From assembly GCA_021801795.1 (NCBI GenBank), contig JAJYXR010000028.1, positions 21,429 through 85,428 on the forward strand: DNA of 64,000 bases, written 5' to 3'. Below are positions 48,878-59,245 of the stretch, one piece after another. Position numbers and translations under genes: made by a program. The notes below the pieces were generated by a model, which had not been told where the DNA came from, ran no database searches, and worked only from the letters and a program-made list of their open reading frames with translations. Each line of letters starts with the position of its first letter. Position 1 is the stretch's first letter. The stretch comes from Actinomycetes bacterium. GTDB lineage: Bacteria; Actinomycetota; Acidimicrobiia; Acidimicrobiales; JAJYXR01.

Positions 48878-51800
48878 AGAAGGACTCGCCAAGTACCCTT
48901 CCAGGTCCACGATCACGTTCAGAGCCTCAGGCGAACCGTTGTACACCATGACTGCTCCTGAGGAGCTGAGTTCGACCATCGCCATGCTCGCTACGGTCTC
49001 GCCTGGCCCCCAGTCCACCCCTGCCACGACTGGCCGGGTGCCACCGGGGTAGATGGTGAGGTAGCCGCCACTGGCGTCACCGGTGACAGCGACGTCGAGA
49101 GCAGCTGCCGTGGCGCCAGCGGGCGTGCCTCCGAGGCCGGTCACCTGGACCACCATCGACCCTCCCGGAGCGAGGGCGGATCCGCTGTTCGCGCACTGGC
49201 CCGACACGCCAGAGGTCACGTCCCCACTGCCACCGAGATCTCCCGTGCTTCGAGTGTCGCAGATCCTTACCGGTTCCGACTCTGGTGAGAAAAGGGCTCC
49301 CGAGGTACCAGACGAGGTGAAGTACCCCTCCACGTCGGCAACGAAGTCCGTGGCGACGTCGCTCACCACATCGAAGAAACCGCCAGGTCCCGGCTCCACC
49401 ACCACCAGGTTCGAGACCGCCCCCCGGCCCGGCGCGAAGTTCAGGTTCGAGATGCTCGGGGGCGCGGCGTTCGAGGCCGGATAGACGCTCAGGTAGCCGC
49501 CTTCTTCGTAACCGGTAGCCGAGACCGAGAGCACCACGGCCGTCACGCCGGTCGCAGGCACCCCGTCGAGACCGGTGACCTGCACGGGTTCTGGGGAGTT
49601 CGCAGAGAGCGGAGGCAGGCTGGCGTTGTTGGCCGGCAGGTACTCCGACCTACAAAAGCCAGGCTGCGGGCTGGCGGAGCAACGAGTGTCTGCTATGCGC
49701 GCAGGGGAGAGTGGCTGGTAAGGAGCGCCCGAAGCACCAGAGGGTGGGACGTAGTATCCCTCCAGGTCCACCACCACCTGGGATGTAGTGCCCGAGGGGC
49801 CAACCGCTATCTCCACCGTCCCCCTAGCCCCGACCCCCACAGTGACCATGTTCGCCACGTCCTCGCCGGCTGTGAAGTTCAAGTTCGAGGTGGGAGGCGC
49901 GCTGGCTCCCCCAGGAAAGACGCTCAGGTACCCGCCCGCGCTCTCGCCGGTGGCGGTGACATTCAGCACCACCGCGCTAGTCGAGCTGGCTGGCACCCCG
50001 TCTATGCCTGCCACCTGAACGGTGATCGGCTTGCCCGTCTCGGGGATGCCGAGCGAGGCGTTCGCTGCAGGCAGGGATGAACAGTAGGTCGCGCTGAGAT
50101 ATGCAGGTCGAGGGCTCTGTGCACAGCGGGTGTCCACTATGCGGGCGGGGCTCAGCGCGACGAAGGCGCTCGGCTCGCTCGGGGCCGACGTCGGCGGAGG
50201 CTGGCTCGAGGTGACGGTGAAGTCAACGCTTGCCGAGGATGCCGTCTCCGCCCCGCCAGCGGTCGTATCCACGGCCCGATAGACCACCTCCTGCTCACTC
50301 GAGTCGCTCACCGAGAACGAGGCGACTCCCGACCCGTCGGTGGTGGCAGTCGTCGGGGATACCACCGAGCTCGCAGTGCCGCTCTCCCCAGGTGCGAGGG
50401 TCTGCACCAGTCTCACCTGGACCCCAGGCAGGGGGCCAGCGGCATCGGCAAGGTGCACGGTCACCGTGGCGGTGCCGGCCGAGTCCACGGTGGAAGCTGT
50501 TATGGACGAGCTAGTCGCCACACCGCAGAGCCCAGCTATCAGCTTTCCGCCGACCGGGCTCCCGAGCCCAGTGGCCATCGCGTATCCCTGTCCCGCACCC
50601 GGTGCGGCGTAGAGGCTCCCGCTGGTGCCTGACACGTCGGTGTCGCCGGAGCTCGGCTGGTCGAAGGCCGGGGGGTCCACCGCGGCCAGACCGTAGAGTG
50701 CGGGGTTCACGAGACCCAGGCGCTCCGGGGACGACCCGCCACCACAGGCGTCCTCCGCGAGGCCGAGCATGGCGGCGAACGCAGGAGTGGAGGAGCTGGT
50801 CCCGCCGAATCCCTCCCAGGCTCCTTGGGAATAGATCAGATATCCCTGATCGGCATTGGCATCGAGCGACACGTCTGGAACCTCCCGGCAGTACGAACCC
50901 GTTGGTGCCGAGCAGGGGGCCCCGCCAGAGAGGCTGGTGATGACACCCGGCACCCCGCTCGCCTCCTGCCATGCCGGCATCAGGAAGAGCGACGAGACGC
51001 CTCCGCCGCTTCCTCCCCAGACGGTCTGCACCGGGGGTGGCCCCGGCTGTTCGAGAGTGGTGCCGCCTACCGCCGTGATATCAGGCTGCGTGGCAGGGTA
51101 TCCAGGGGTGAGGGCCGCGGGTATGACGATGGCTGGCGGGGCTACCAGGCCGTTTCCGAGGCTTACCACGTCGTTGCTCGAGGCTGGGGCGGGGCCTGCG
51201 AGGGAGTTCGGCTCGTCGCCGGCGACCGCTACGCAGGTAGAAGTCGTAGGGCAGGCCAGACCGGCCAGGTTCGACGGACCATCGACGAGCTCGAGCTCAC
51301 TGGGGACGCCAGAGGAGGATATGTACAGCTCGGCACCTGCACCCAAGACGTCGCTGCCCACGGCCACGCAGGGGCCGGCCGAGGTCGCTCCCTCGCAGGA
51401 GATCGCGTCGAAGGCGGAGCCGAGCCCGGTCAGCGTCACCACGCCCGGCGCGCCGATCGAGCCGCCGCCGACGCCAAGCACGATCCCGAGCTCCTGGTAG
51501 CCCTGGAGCTCGGCCCCGACCGCCACGCAGCTCGAGCTGGTGGTGCAGGCGATCGCGGCTATGGTCGCGTTATTGCCCACCTCCTGGGCGCTCCCAGGTG
51601 TTCCCCCGCTCACCGGCACGACGACTCCGTACCCATCGCCGAAGCCGACGGCATAGCACGACGTCGCCGTGGCGCATGCCACCGAGAGCAGCGTCTCGCT
51701 GGAGGGCACGTCGGATGCCGACCCGGGAGCCGTGCCCGAGACCTGCTCCACCACGCCATATCCGTCACCGGTGCCAACGGCCAGGCAGCTCGTCGAGGAT

Positions 51801-54484
51801 GGGCATGTCACGCCATAGAGCGTGCTCACCGGAACTGCGCTCGCCGAGCCAGACAGCTCAGGGGTGCCCGGAGTGCCGTCCTGGATGGGGACGACGACCC
51901 CCTGGCCGTTGTCGGTACCGACAGCCAGGCAGGTCGAGGACGACTCGCAGGATATGCTATAGAGTCCGGTGGTGCCGCTTACTCCATGGGTGCTCCCCTG
52001 GGTCCCGTCGTCGATGGGAACCACCACCCCGCTTCCCCCGGAACTCCCCACTGCATAGCAGACGCTCTGCGAGGTGCATGCCACTCCCTGGAGGACCACC
52101 GGGCTGGAAGACACCGGCAAAGTGGCATACGGGCCGCCCGGCACGCCAGAGTCGACCTGCTCGACCACTCCGTAGAAGCTGCCGGTGGAACTGCCACCTG
52201 TCAGGCATGTCGTGGTTCCCGGCGCACAAGCAACCGCGTCGATTGCCCCGGTGCCACCCAGCTCCATCACCGCGCCGCCAGGAGTGCCCGACTGAAGGGC
52301 GAGGAGAGCGCCGTCAGACTGGGACACGTTCGAGTCGCTGGGCCCGACGACGGAGCCACCGACGATGCAGGCCACCTGCGAGTAGCAGCCGACAGCGCTG
52401 GCCGACGCGAGACCGGTGAGCGAGACGGGGGCACCCGGAGATCCGTTGGTGATGCTCACAGAGACTGGTCCACCAGAGGAGGAGCCCACCGCGACGCACG
52501 ACCCCGGCGCGCCACACGACACCGAGGTGAGACTCGTGGTGCCCGACACGTCGATTGGCGTGCCGAGCGATCCGCCCGATAGCCCCACTACGACTCCCTC
52601 GCCGGCCTGCTGGCCCACCACGATGCAGCTAGACGACGACATGCAGGAGCCTGATATCAGGTCGGTGCCCGAAGCCGGCGACCCGCTGGCCTGGCCGACG
52701 GTTTCGGGGCTGGACGGGGTTCCGCTCACCAGCGGCACGACCATCCCTTGGAGCTGACCGTTCTCCCCTAGTGCGTAGCAGGTGGTGGAGCCGGCACAGA
52801 CAGCCCCTGCCAGGCTGAAGACGTCGCTCACCTGTTCGAGAGTGCCGGGGGACCCTGAGCTCACCCGCAGCACGCCGTATACGTGGGTGTTCACGTCGTT
52901 GCCGGTCGCCACGCACGAGCTTGCCGTCATGCATGCCACGCCGGTCACGGCCCCGGTCCCAGGCGCGACTGCGGGGCTGGAGGAGGAGCCGTCCACCGCG
53001 ACCACCTCGCCCTGGCCACCGTTAGTACCGCCGGCCAGGCAGCTGGTCGCGCTCGGACAGGCGATCGCGGCCACGTTGCCACCGGAGCCGCCAGGGGGCA
53101 GGCACTCCTGTGCTCCGTTGTCGCCCGATGCCACCACGACCGTCTGGCCCTGGGCTGCCATCTGGTCGAGCACCGTGGCCGTAGCTGCAGCGTTCGAGGC
53201 CGGCTCGTCCAGCTCGCAGAGGCTGTAGCTGGTGGAAACTATCTGTGCTTTGTCTGCCTGGGCAATGGCGGCGTAGGTCTGGTCGAAGAAGCTACTGGTC
53301 GGGCCTACCTCGTAGAAGTCGATGGTCGCCTCGGGATCGAAGCCGATGATGGTCTCGATGTCGCCGTCCGCCTCGACCAGGGCCCCCTGGCTGGTCGTGC
53401 CGCCGGCGACCGGGACCACGTTCACGGTCGCGTCCGTCCCGTAGCAGCTCTGGAAGGCCGCGACGTCGCTAGTCGAGTACACGCTCCTCGATACCACCCC
53501 GAAGGTGACACCCTGGCCGAGATAACCCTCGGAGTAAGCGCTCGTATACCCATATGCCGAGGCGAGCTGGTTCGCGGTGTAGGAGCCACCGGGAGAGGCG
53601 TTGGCGGAGGCGGCGGCGCAGGGCTGAGGCCCGGTGGCAGAAGAACGCGAAGCGATGTGAGGAGAGCTTGCTGGCACAGCGGACGAACCTTGCTCGGCTG
53701 AGCGACGAGAACCGCTGGCCGTTGTCGTCGTCGCATGCTGCCTCAGCACCTGCTCGAGCGCCACGGCGGACACGGGTGCGGCGGAGGCAAGGGCCCTAGG
53801 TACGGTCGTCAGACCGAGTACCGCCTGAGCCCTCTCCGCCAGAGCACGCGGGAGCTCGGGAGCTGCCAGGTTGGCCATGGCCAGGCGACCCGAGGGCAGC
53901 CTCAAGGTGGCGAGGTCAGCCTTCAGGACGCTGTCGGCCCGACCAGCGGTGGTGGTGAAGAACACGTCCAGGTGGTCCAGGACGGGGCCAGCCCGAAATC
54001 CGAGAGCGGACAGTTCACGCTTGGCGGCGGCTATCGTCGATGAAGTAGGCCCGAACCTGCGGGCGAACTGCCCCGGAGCGAGGAAATGGCGATACAGAGG
54101 CGAGCCGGGGCTGCTCACCTGCCTGACGAAGCTCGCCAGAGCACCCTGGTGGGCGGGACGGAGAGCCAGCGCGAGGGTCAGCGTTTCTCTCGGGTCAGGC
54201 CGCGCTACCACCACCGCGCCTGGCGGGACCGGGGATATGGACCCCACCTTTACCAGCCCAGCTTGCTCGGTACCGGATCCTCCGTGGGAGCCAGCAGGCA
54301 CGGAGCCTCTGGCGCTCACGGACGGAGCCACGCTCCCGACAGCAGCCTCGCTGAGCGACTGTCCACGAACCGCGCCCGAACCACCGGGCAGCGCTTCGGG
54401 CAGTCCGAGGAGTGTAGCCAGGGTCGCTACCAGAACTACTACCGCCTCCACGGTAAGGTGGCGCCGCCTGACTGGAAGACTCAC
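48869..54484 (-). CDS. Second giant secreted sedolisin (S53) paralog. Layout: signal, prodomain, catalytic domain interrupted by 14 Cys-pair repeats, Ig-like module, 3 'DTR' modules
   Basis: 1871 aa. It has ...SPGSPLYRHFLAPGQFARRFG..., ...VEADGDIE... (E371/D375), ...VVASGDNGAQEC... (D455) and ...GFGGTSSSTPAFAAM... (S1230). About 660 aa of repeats lie between D455 and ...GYPATQPDITAVGGT... Confidence 0.85.
48872..50170 (-). repeat. Three divergent C-terminal 'DTR' modules (about 140 aa each)
   Basis: The modules start at ...LSPARIVDTRC..., ...LSPARIADTRC... and ...PVRICDTRS... Each ends in ...(V/I)VD(L/V)EGY(Y/F/L). Confidence 0.8.
51110..53101 (-). repeat. 14 degenerate Cys-pair repeats of about 47 aa nested in the S53 domain
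   Basis: I counted 14 motifs (CPSATSCLAGG, CMTASSCVATG ... CPTTSTCVAVAG). Confidence 0.85.
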
Positions 54485-54515
54485 GGCTGTGCCTTCCAGT
54501 ACCCAGCCGCAGCTA

Positions 54516-55964
54516 TCAAGACGGGCTGGTCACATAACCGGGCGGAGGCGTCTGGGCCGAGTGCATCTCGCAGCTCGCGACGGCGAGGGTGTTCGGGTTC
54601 GCCGGTGCCGGCAGGGTTGGCGGCGTGAGGAACTCGGGCTTGGCCGACAGGTCCACCAGGTCCAAAAGGTCCGATGCTGCAGCGTCCCTCTTCGTCATCG
54701 GCGGGAGGTTCCACTTCGTCTCCACGAGCTTCAGCACCGAGGTGTGATCCGCGACAGTATGCGATACGTAGCCAGCCTTCGCGTAAGGCGAGACCACCCC
54801 GAAGGGCACCCTGAAGCCGTAGCGGTCGAACTTGCCAGGAACGTCAGACGAGGTCAGCTCGGGGGGCACGTCGTCGGGAATCGGTGCCGACGGCGGAGGC
54901 ACATGGTCGTAGTAGCCGCCAGCCTCGTCGAAGTTCCACACCAGCAACGTGCTTGACCACTTCGGACCCTTCATCACGGCATTGACGATGCTCGCGAGGA
55001 AGTTGTCGGCCAGCTGGAGGTCATCGCCTTCCCCACCGGAGTTCCCCACGAAGTTCACGAGATCCGGGTCTACGAGTGAAAAGGCCGGCAGGCTGCCCGA
55101 CGCAGCGTCAGAGTAGAACTGGTTTATGTTGACCAGCTTGCCGAAGTTGGCAGGCTCCGTGAGCAGGTACGGGTAGAGCATGAGAGTGGAAATGCCGTAG
55201 TTATAGTTCTTCCACGACACACCGACGGTGTTCAGCATGTCGAATATGGTGCCGTTCGGTGGTCGGTTCGCGACGGTGGCCAGGACGTCGCTGAAGGATG
55301 GCAGGTCGTTTATCATCCCGAGCGAGGTGCCCGAGATGAGGTACCTCCGATTCGGGAAGGTCTGGCCAAGCAGGGACGAGTAGTACTGGTCCCCTATCGG
55401 AAACGTCCCAGCCAGCCCGTAGGTGAACGGAATGTCGTCCGAGTCGTAGTACGCCATCGCCGAGGGGCCGCTCGCCAGCACGAAGCCCTGGTTCGTGCCG
55501 TTCGAGTAGGACATGTGACTGTCGTTCCAGGTCTGGTCAGGCTCGGAGAAGGCCCTGCAAGGGGTCGGGCTGTGGAAGGCGTGGACCAGATCGCCATTCG
55601 ACTCCGGGTTCGTGGCAGTCGGCTGGCCAGAGGAGTCGAGCGTGAAGCCATTACCCCTGGAGAGCATCCCGAGGATGTTGTCGAAGGAGTGGTTCTCCAG
55701 CATCACCACCACGATGTGCTCTATCTCGGGGATCATGTCAGTGCCGGCAGCCTTGGCCGGGAACGGCAACGGCCCCGAGGGCAGCGCCGAGGAGGATCCT
55801 GAGCCGAAAGGCAGGCCACCGCAGCTCGCGAGCGCGAGCCCAGCCCCACCCAGTGCCACACCACCGAGCAGATGGCGCCTGGACAGGGTGCGGTTCAGCA
55901 GTCCTGTCATCGGCGGATGCGTTGCGCAGTCGTGGCCGCTCGTCATACGGAGATCCCCCCTCAT
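54516..55964 (-). CDS. Tat-exported lipoprotein, phosphoesterase family (phospholipase C / acid phosphatase AcpA-like)
   Basis: 482 aa. ...SRRHLLGGVALGGAGLALASCGG... combines a twin-Arg motif with a lipobox. ...IEHIVVVMLENHSFDNILG... is the phosphoesterase signature. Confidence 0.8.
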   Translation of the reverse strand: MRGDLRMTSGHDCATHPPMTGLLNRTLSRRHLLGGVALGGAGLALASCGGLPFGSGSSSALPSGPLPFPAKAAGTDMIPEIEHIVVVMLENHSFDNILGMLSRGNGFTLDSSGQPTATNPESNGDLVHAFHSPTPCRAFSEPDQTWNDSHMSYSNGTNQGFVLASGPSAMAYYDSDDIPFTYGLAGTFPIGDQYYSSLLGQTFPNRRYLISGTSLGMINDLPSFSDVLATVANRPPNGTIFDMLNTVGVSWKNYNYGISTLMLYPYLLTEPANFGKLVNINQFYSDAASGSLPAFSLVDPDLVNFVGNSGGEGDDLQLADNFLASIVNAVMKGPKWSSTLLVWNFDEAGGYYDHVPPPSAPIPDDVPPELTSSDVPGKFDRYGFRVPFGVVSPYAKAGYVSHTVADHTSVLKLVETKWNLPPMTKRDAAASDLLDLVDLSAKPEFLTPPTLPAPANPNTLAVASCEMHSAQTPPPGYVTSPS

Positions 55965-56039
55965 ACGCGGAACGCCACCACTCTATGTCGGCGGCCCATC
56001 ACATGCAACTAACCACCGCACACGAGAACGCGCTCTACG

Positions 56040-57476
56040 TCAGGTTCTAACCACAGAACCAGGTGGCGGAATAGTGCCAGGCCCGGTACGCAGACACGAT
56101 GCCCCGATGGCGGGGTTCGCAGGTGGAACGAGCGCAGGCGGCTTCGCGAAGTACGGTGCGGAAGCCAGGTCGACGGTGTCGAGAAGGTCAGACGCGTTAG
56201 CATCCCGCCGGGTGAGAGCTGGCAGGTTCCACTTGGTCTCCACCAGCCTCAGTATCGAGGTGTGGTCATGGACCACATGGGACACGTAGCCGGGTCGAGC
56301 ATATGGCGAGACCACCCCGAAGGGCACCCTGAAGCCGTAGCGGTCGAAGGCTCCTGGCTGGTCAGGCGGAACCTTTATCTGCGGGGGGATGCCGTCGGGC
56401 CTCGGGGCCCTCGGGGGCGGGACCTGGTCGTAGTAGCCGCCATGCTCGTCGTAGGTCCACACGGCCAGGGTCCTGCTCCAGGCCGGCCCGGACATGAGGG
56501 CGTTCATCACGCTCGCGAGGAACACGTCGCCATACTGGATGTCCTGCGGGTTCTCCTCCGAGTCGGTGGAGAAATCAGGGTCGACCAGGGAGAATGACGG
56601 TAGGGTGCCCGAGGCGGCGTCGGAGAAGAACTGAGATACGGGGACCACCTTGTCCGCTATGTCTGCCTGCGCCAGCAGCTCCACGAATACCCCGGCGGTA
56701 GGGAGGTTCGAGTAGTAGTCCCGCCAGGTGATGCCATGGCGGTTCAGCAGGTCGAAGATGGTTCCGCCAGCGGGCAGTCCGAACGGAGCCGTGTCGTCCA
56801 CCATGCCGATGGAGGTTCCCGCTATCAGGTACCTGCGATTCGGGTACGTCTGGCCGAGCACGGAGCAGAAGTACCGATCGCCGATCGGGAACACCCTGGC
56901 CAGATCGTTCGTGAATGGCAGGTCGTCAGGCGTCCAGTAGCCCATCGCCACCGGACCACTCTTCGACACCACGAAACCCTCGTTAGTGCCCCCGTCGTAC
57001 TGGATGTGGCTGGCATTCCAGCTCTGGGAGGGCTTCCCGTGGAGCTGGCAATCGGTCGGCATGTGGAAGGCACGTACTACCTCGCCGTGGCCGTCAGGGT
57101 TCGACGCGACCGGAAGACCGTCCCTGCCGAGGACAAAGCCGTCGCCACGACCGAGCATGCCGAGGATGTTGTCGAAGGAGTGGTTCTCCAGCATCACCAC
57201 CACGATGTGCTCTATCTCCGGGATGCTCTCATGTCCTTCGGCGAGCTCCGGGTATGGCCGCGAACCCGCGGGCAGCAGTGCCCGGTCAAGACCACCGGAC
57301 CCGGGTTCCCCTCCCGAACCTGCCCTGGTCAGCGATGCACGAGACTCACCGCAGGCAGCACCGATTGCACCGGCCCCGATCATCGCAGCCGCACCCAGCA
57401 GCGACCTCCTCGTGATCCCACCCGGCCATCCCTCCACGCTCATGCCAAGAGCGTAACTGTTGACAGGCCACCCCAT
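56040..57476 (-). CDS. Paralogous Tat-exported lipoprotein, phosphoesterase family
   Basis: The ORF extends to 57743, but the homology and signal begin at MGWPVNSYALGMSVEGWPGGITRRSLLGAAAMIGAGAIGAACG (ATG 57476, alternative 57443). The ...IEHIVVVMLENHSFDNILG... block matches the neighbour exactly. Confidence 0.8.
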   Translation of the reverse strand: MGWPVNSYALGMSVEGWPGGITRRSLLGAAAMIGAGAIGAACGESRASLTRAGSGGEPGSGGLDRALLPAGSRPYPELAEGHESIPEIEHIVVVMLENHSFDNILGMLGRGDGFVLGRDGLPVASNPDGHGEVVRAFHMPTDCQLHGKPSQSWNASHIQYDGGTNEGFVVSKSGPVAMGYWTPDDLPFTNDLARVFPIGDRYFCSVLGQTYPNRRYLIAGTSIGMVDDTAPFGLPAGGTIFDLLNRHGITWRDYYSNLPTAGVFVELLAQADIADKVVPVSQFFSDAASGTLPSFSLVDPDFSTDSEENPQDIQYGDVFLASVMNALMSGPAWSRTLAVWTYDEHGGYYDQVPPPRAPRPDGIPPQIKVPPDQPGAFDRYGFRVPFGVVSPYARPGYVSHVVHDHTSILRLVETKWNLPALTRRDANASDLLDTVDLASAPYFAKPPALVPPANPAIGASCLRTGPGTIPPPGSVVRT

Positions 57477-57494
57477 GGCTAGTGTGCTGGTGGT

Positions 57495-58565
57495 ATGAGC
57501 GACTCCGAACCGCTCCCGCCACCGCTGGGCTCCTCGGGGGGATTGGGCTCCTCGGGGGGGCTGGGCTCCTCGGGGGGATTGGGCTCCTCGGGGGGATTGG
57601 GCATGCCCCATGCGTTCGGCCCTGCGCCGGTCTGGGTGGCTGGGGCCACCAGGAACGCGGGTGCCAGGAACCCGTACCGTGAGGTGCGCCGGATGCAGCA
57701 CGACGTGCGGCTGGCCGGCATCACTGCCCAGCTCGTCTGGCATGAACCTCTGCTCCTGGTGGCGCCGCTGGCTGCTGGCCTCCTGAGCGTGGCCATCATC
57801 TACGCGACTCTAAGTGGACTGTTCGCCCTGGGCGGGAGCGTGCTGGCTCCGGGGGTGTTCGCTCTGGAGTGGCTGGCGTGCGTGGCCGCCAGCCTCGGCG
57901 CGCTCGGCATCACCTGGACGCTGGCAAAGGCGGCATCGGTAGTTTTCATGGGCCGATCCGACACCTCAGGAGCGCTACGACCCTCCTCCATGCTTGCCAC
58001 GACCACCAGTCGGGCGCCTGCGCTGGTCCGCTGGGCGCTGGCAGAATGGCTGGTGGGTCCAATCGTCCGGTCCCTGGAGATACCTGGTCTGCTCGGGCTG
58101 CCAGGCAGGCTGCTCACACGCCCTCTCGGCATGGCCTGGTCTGCAGCAGCCCTGAGCGCGATACCGGTCGCGATATATGACAGCCCGCCGAAGCGCTCCG
58201 CGCTGAGTGTGCTCGGCCGATCGGCCGGTCTACTTCGAGACCGCTACGGCCCAGGTCTGGCTGCGACCGGCACGCTACGCTCGCTCAGCTCACTTGGTAT
58301 CCTCGTTGCCATGGTCCTGTCGCTTGGCGCGTTTGCCCTGACTGGCAGCCTCCCCCTGGCTCTGGGAGTGGTCGCAGCGTGCGCCCTGGCGATACTCGCG
58401 GCTCGATCACTGGCAGGTGCTGCCTACTCCTATGCCCTTTACTCCGTCCTCACCACCGGCGCGCCGGCTCTCGGCATGGACCCCGATGATCTGGCAGCAG
58501 GTCTCAGGCCGCGGCTCACCCGCGTCGAGCCAGGACCACCGAGCGCCTTCCCGCCAGGCACCTGA
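57495..58565 (+). CDS. Polytopic hypothetical membrane protein (about 6-7 TM); start uncertain
   Basis: 356-aa ORF with clear hydrophobic helices from about residue 95 on. From 57495 the N-terminus contains (GGLGSS)x4. An alternative ATG at 57603 would leave the repeat non-coding. Confidence 0.55.
   Translation: MSDSEPLPPPLGSSGGLGSSGGLGSSGGLGSSGGLGMPHAFGPAPVWVAGATRNAGARNPYREVRRMQHDVRLAGITAQLVWHEPLLLVAPLAAGLLSVAIIYATLSGLFALGGSVLAPGVFALEWLACVAASLGALGITWTLAKAASVVFMGRSDTSGALRPSSMLATTTSRAPALVRWALAEWLVGPIVRSLEIPGLLGLPGRLLTRPLGMAWSAAALSAIPVAIYDSPPKRSALSVLGRSAGLLRDRYGPGLAATGTLRSLSSLGILVAMVLSLGAFALTGSLPLALGVVAACALAILAARSLAGAAYSYALYSVLTTGAPALGMDPDDLAAGLRPRLTRVEPGPPSAFPPGT
57527..57598. repeat. 4 x 18-bp tandem repeat GGGCTCCTCGGGGGGATT
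   Basis: Units are 57527-57544, 57545-57562 (2 mismatches), 57563-57580 and 57581-57598. Confidence 0.95.
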
Positions 58566-58588
58566 GCTGCTGGAACCGGACCTCGCTC

Positions 58589-59245
58589 GTGGACACGACT
58601 GGCAACGCCAACGTCCCCATACCCTCCACGGGTCCGAGCATCCGCCCTGCCCTCCTGGTCTTCGGGATCTGTGCGCTGCTGCTCTTGGGGGGTGGCCTGG
58701 CCATGGATCTTTCCTCGGGATCCCCACCAGCGCCGACACACCCGAGCGTCCGTACCGCCAAGGGCTCCCCTCTCAGAGCCGTGCCAGCACGTGCCCAGCT
58801 CGCTCCGATCATCACGAGCGGTCAGCCACCTGGGAACGTCCTGGATGCCCTGGTGCTCCCTGCGGGAGCCAGGGAGACCTCCGCGGTGGACAACGGCAGA
58901 GGTGTCGGTCTCTACGACCAGTCCATATCCTTCAGCGATCATGCCACGGAGGAGGACCTGATCACCTTCTACGAGCTCGAGCTGAGAGCAGAGGGCTGGA
59001 CAATCGTCGACCACAGCTCCACAGGAGCCGGTCACAAGAGCTACGAGGTGGTCGGGAGGATCCCCGGAAGCGACGGGTCGTACTGGGAAGTCGGCGTCAC
59101 CGTGGCCCCGACTGCCTTCTCGGTCACCCCAGGCCCTGGTGCGAGCGCTGGTTCCGGTGCATCTGATGCCTCTGGCACGAGCTCTCTATCGGCTGGCACC
59201 ACGGCCTTCACCCTGGAGGTGTTCGAGGTGCCTGCTTCTGAGTGA
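58589..59245 (+). CDS. Hypothetical membrane-anchored extracytoplasmic protein
   Basis: 218 aa. An N-terminal TM helix (ALLVFGICALLLLGGGLAM) is followed by a globular-looking region and a G/S/A-rich linker. It starts 24 bp after the preceding gene. I recognise no family. Confidence 0.5.
   Translation: MDTTGNANVPIPSTGPSIRPALLVFGICALLLLGGGLAMDLSSGSPPAPTHPSVRTAKGSPLRAVPARAQLAPIITSGQPPGNVLDALVLPAGARETSAVDNGRGVGLYDQSISFSDHATEEDLITFYELELRAEGWTIVDHSSTGAGHKSYEVVGRIPGSDGSYWEVGVTVAPTAFSVTPGPGASAGSGASDASGTSSLSAGTTAFTLEVFEVPASE

Noticed and set aside
50825-52582. 585-aa plus-strand ORF inside the second giant gene
   Set aside because: It is antisense to the Cys-pair repeat array, Arg/Gly-rich, and has no start context.
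57477-57743. N-terminal extension of the phosphoesterase ORF containing (PRGAQS)n
   Set aside because: The Tat signal, the lipobox and the homology to the neighbouring paralog all begin after the ATG at 57476. The extension is just one reading of the 18-bp repeat.
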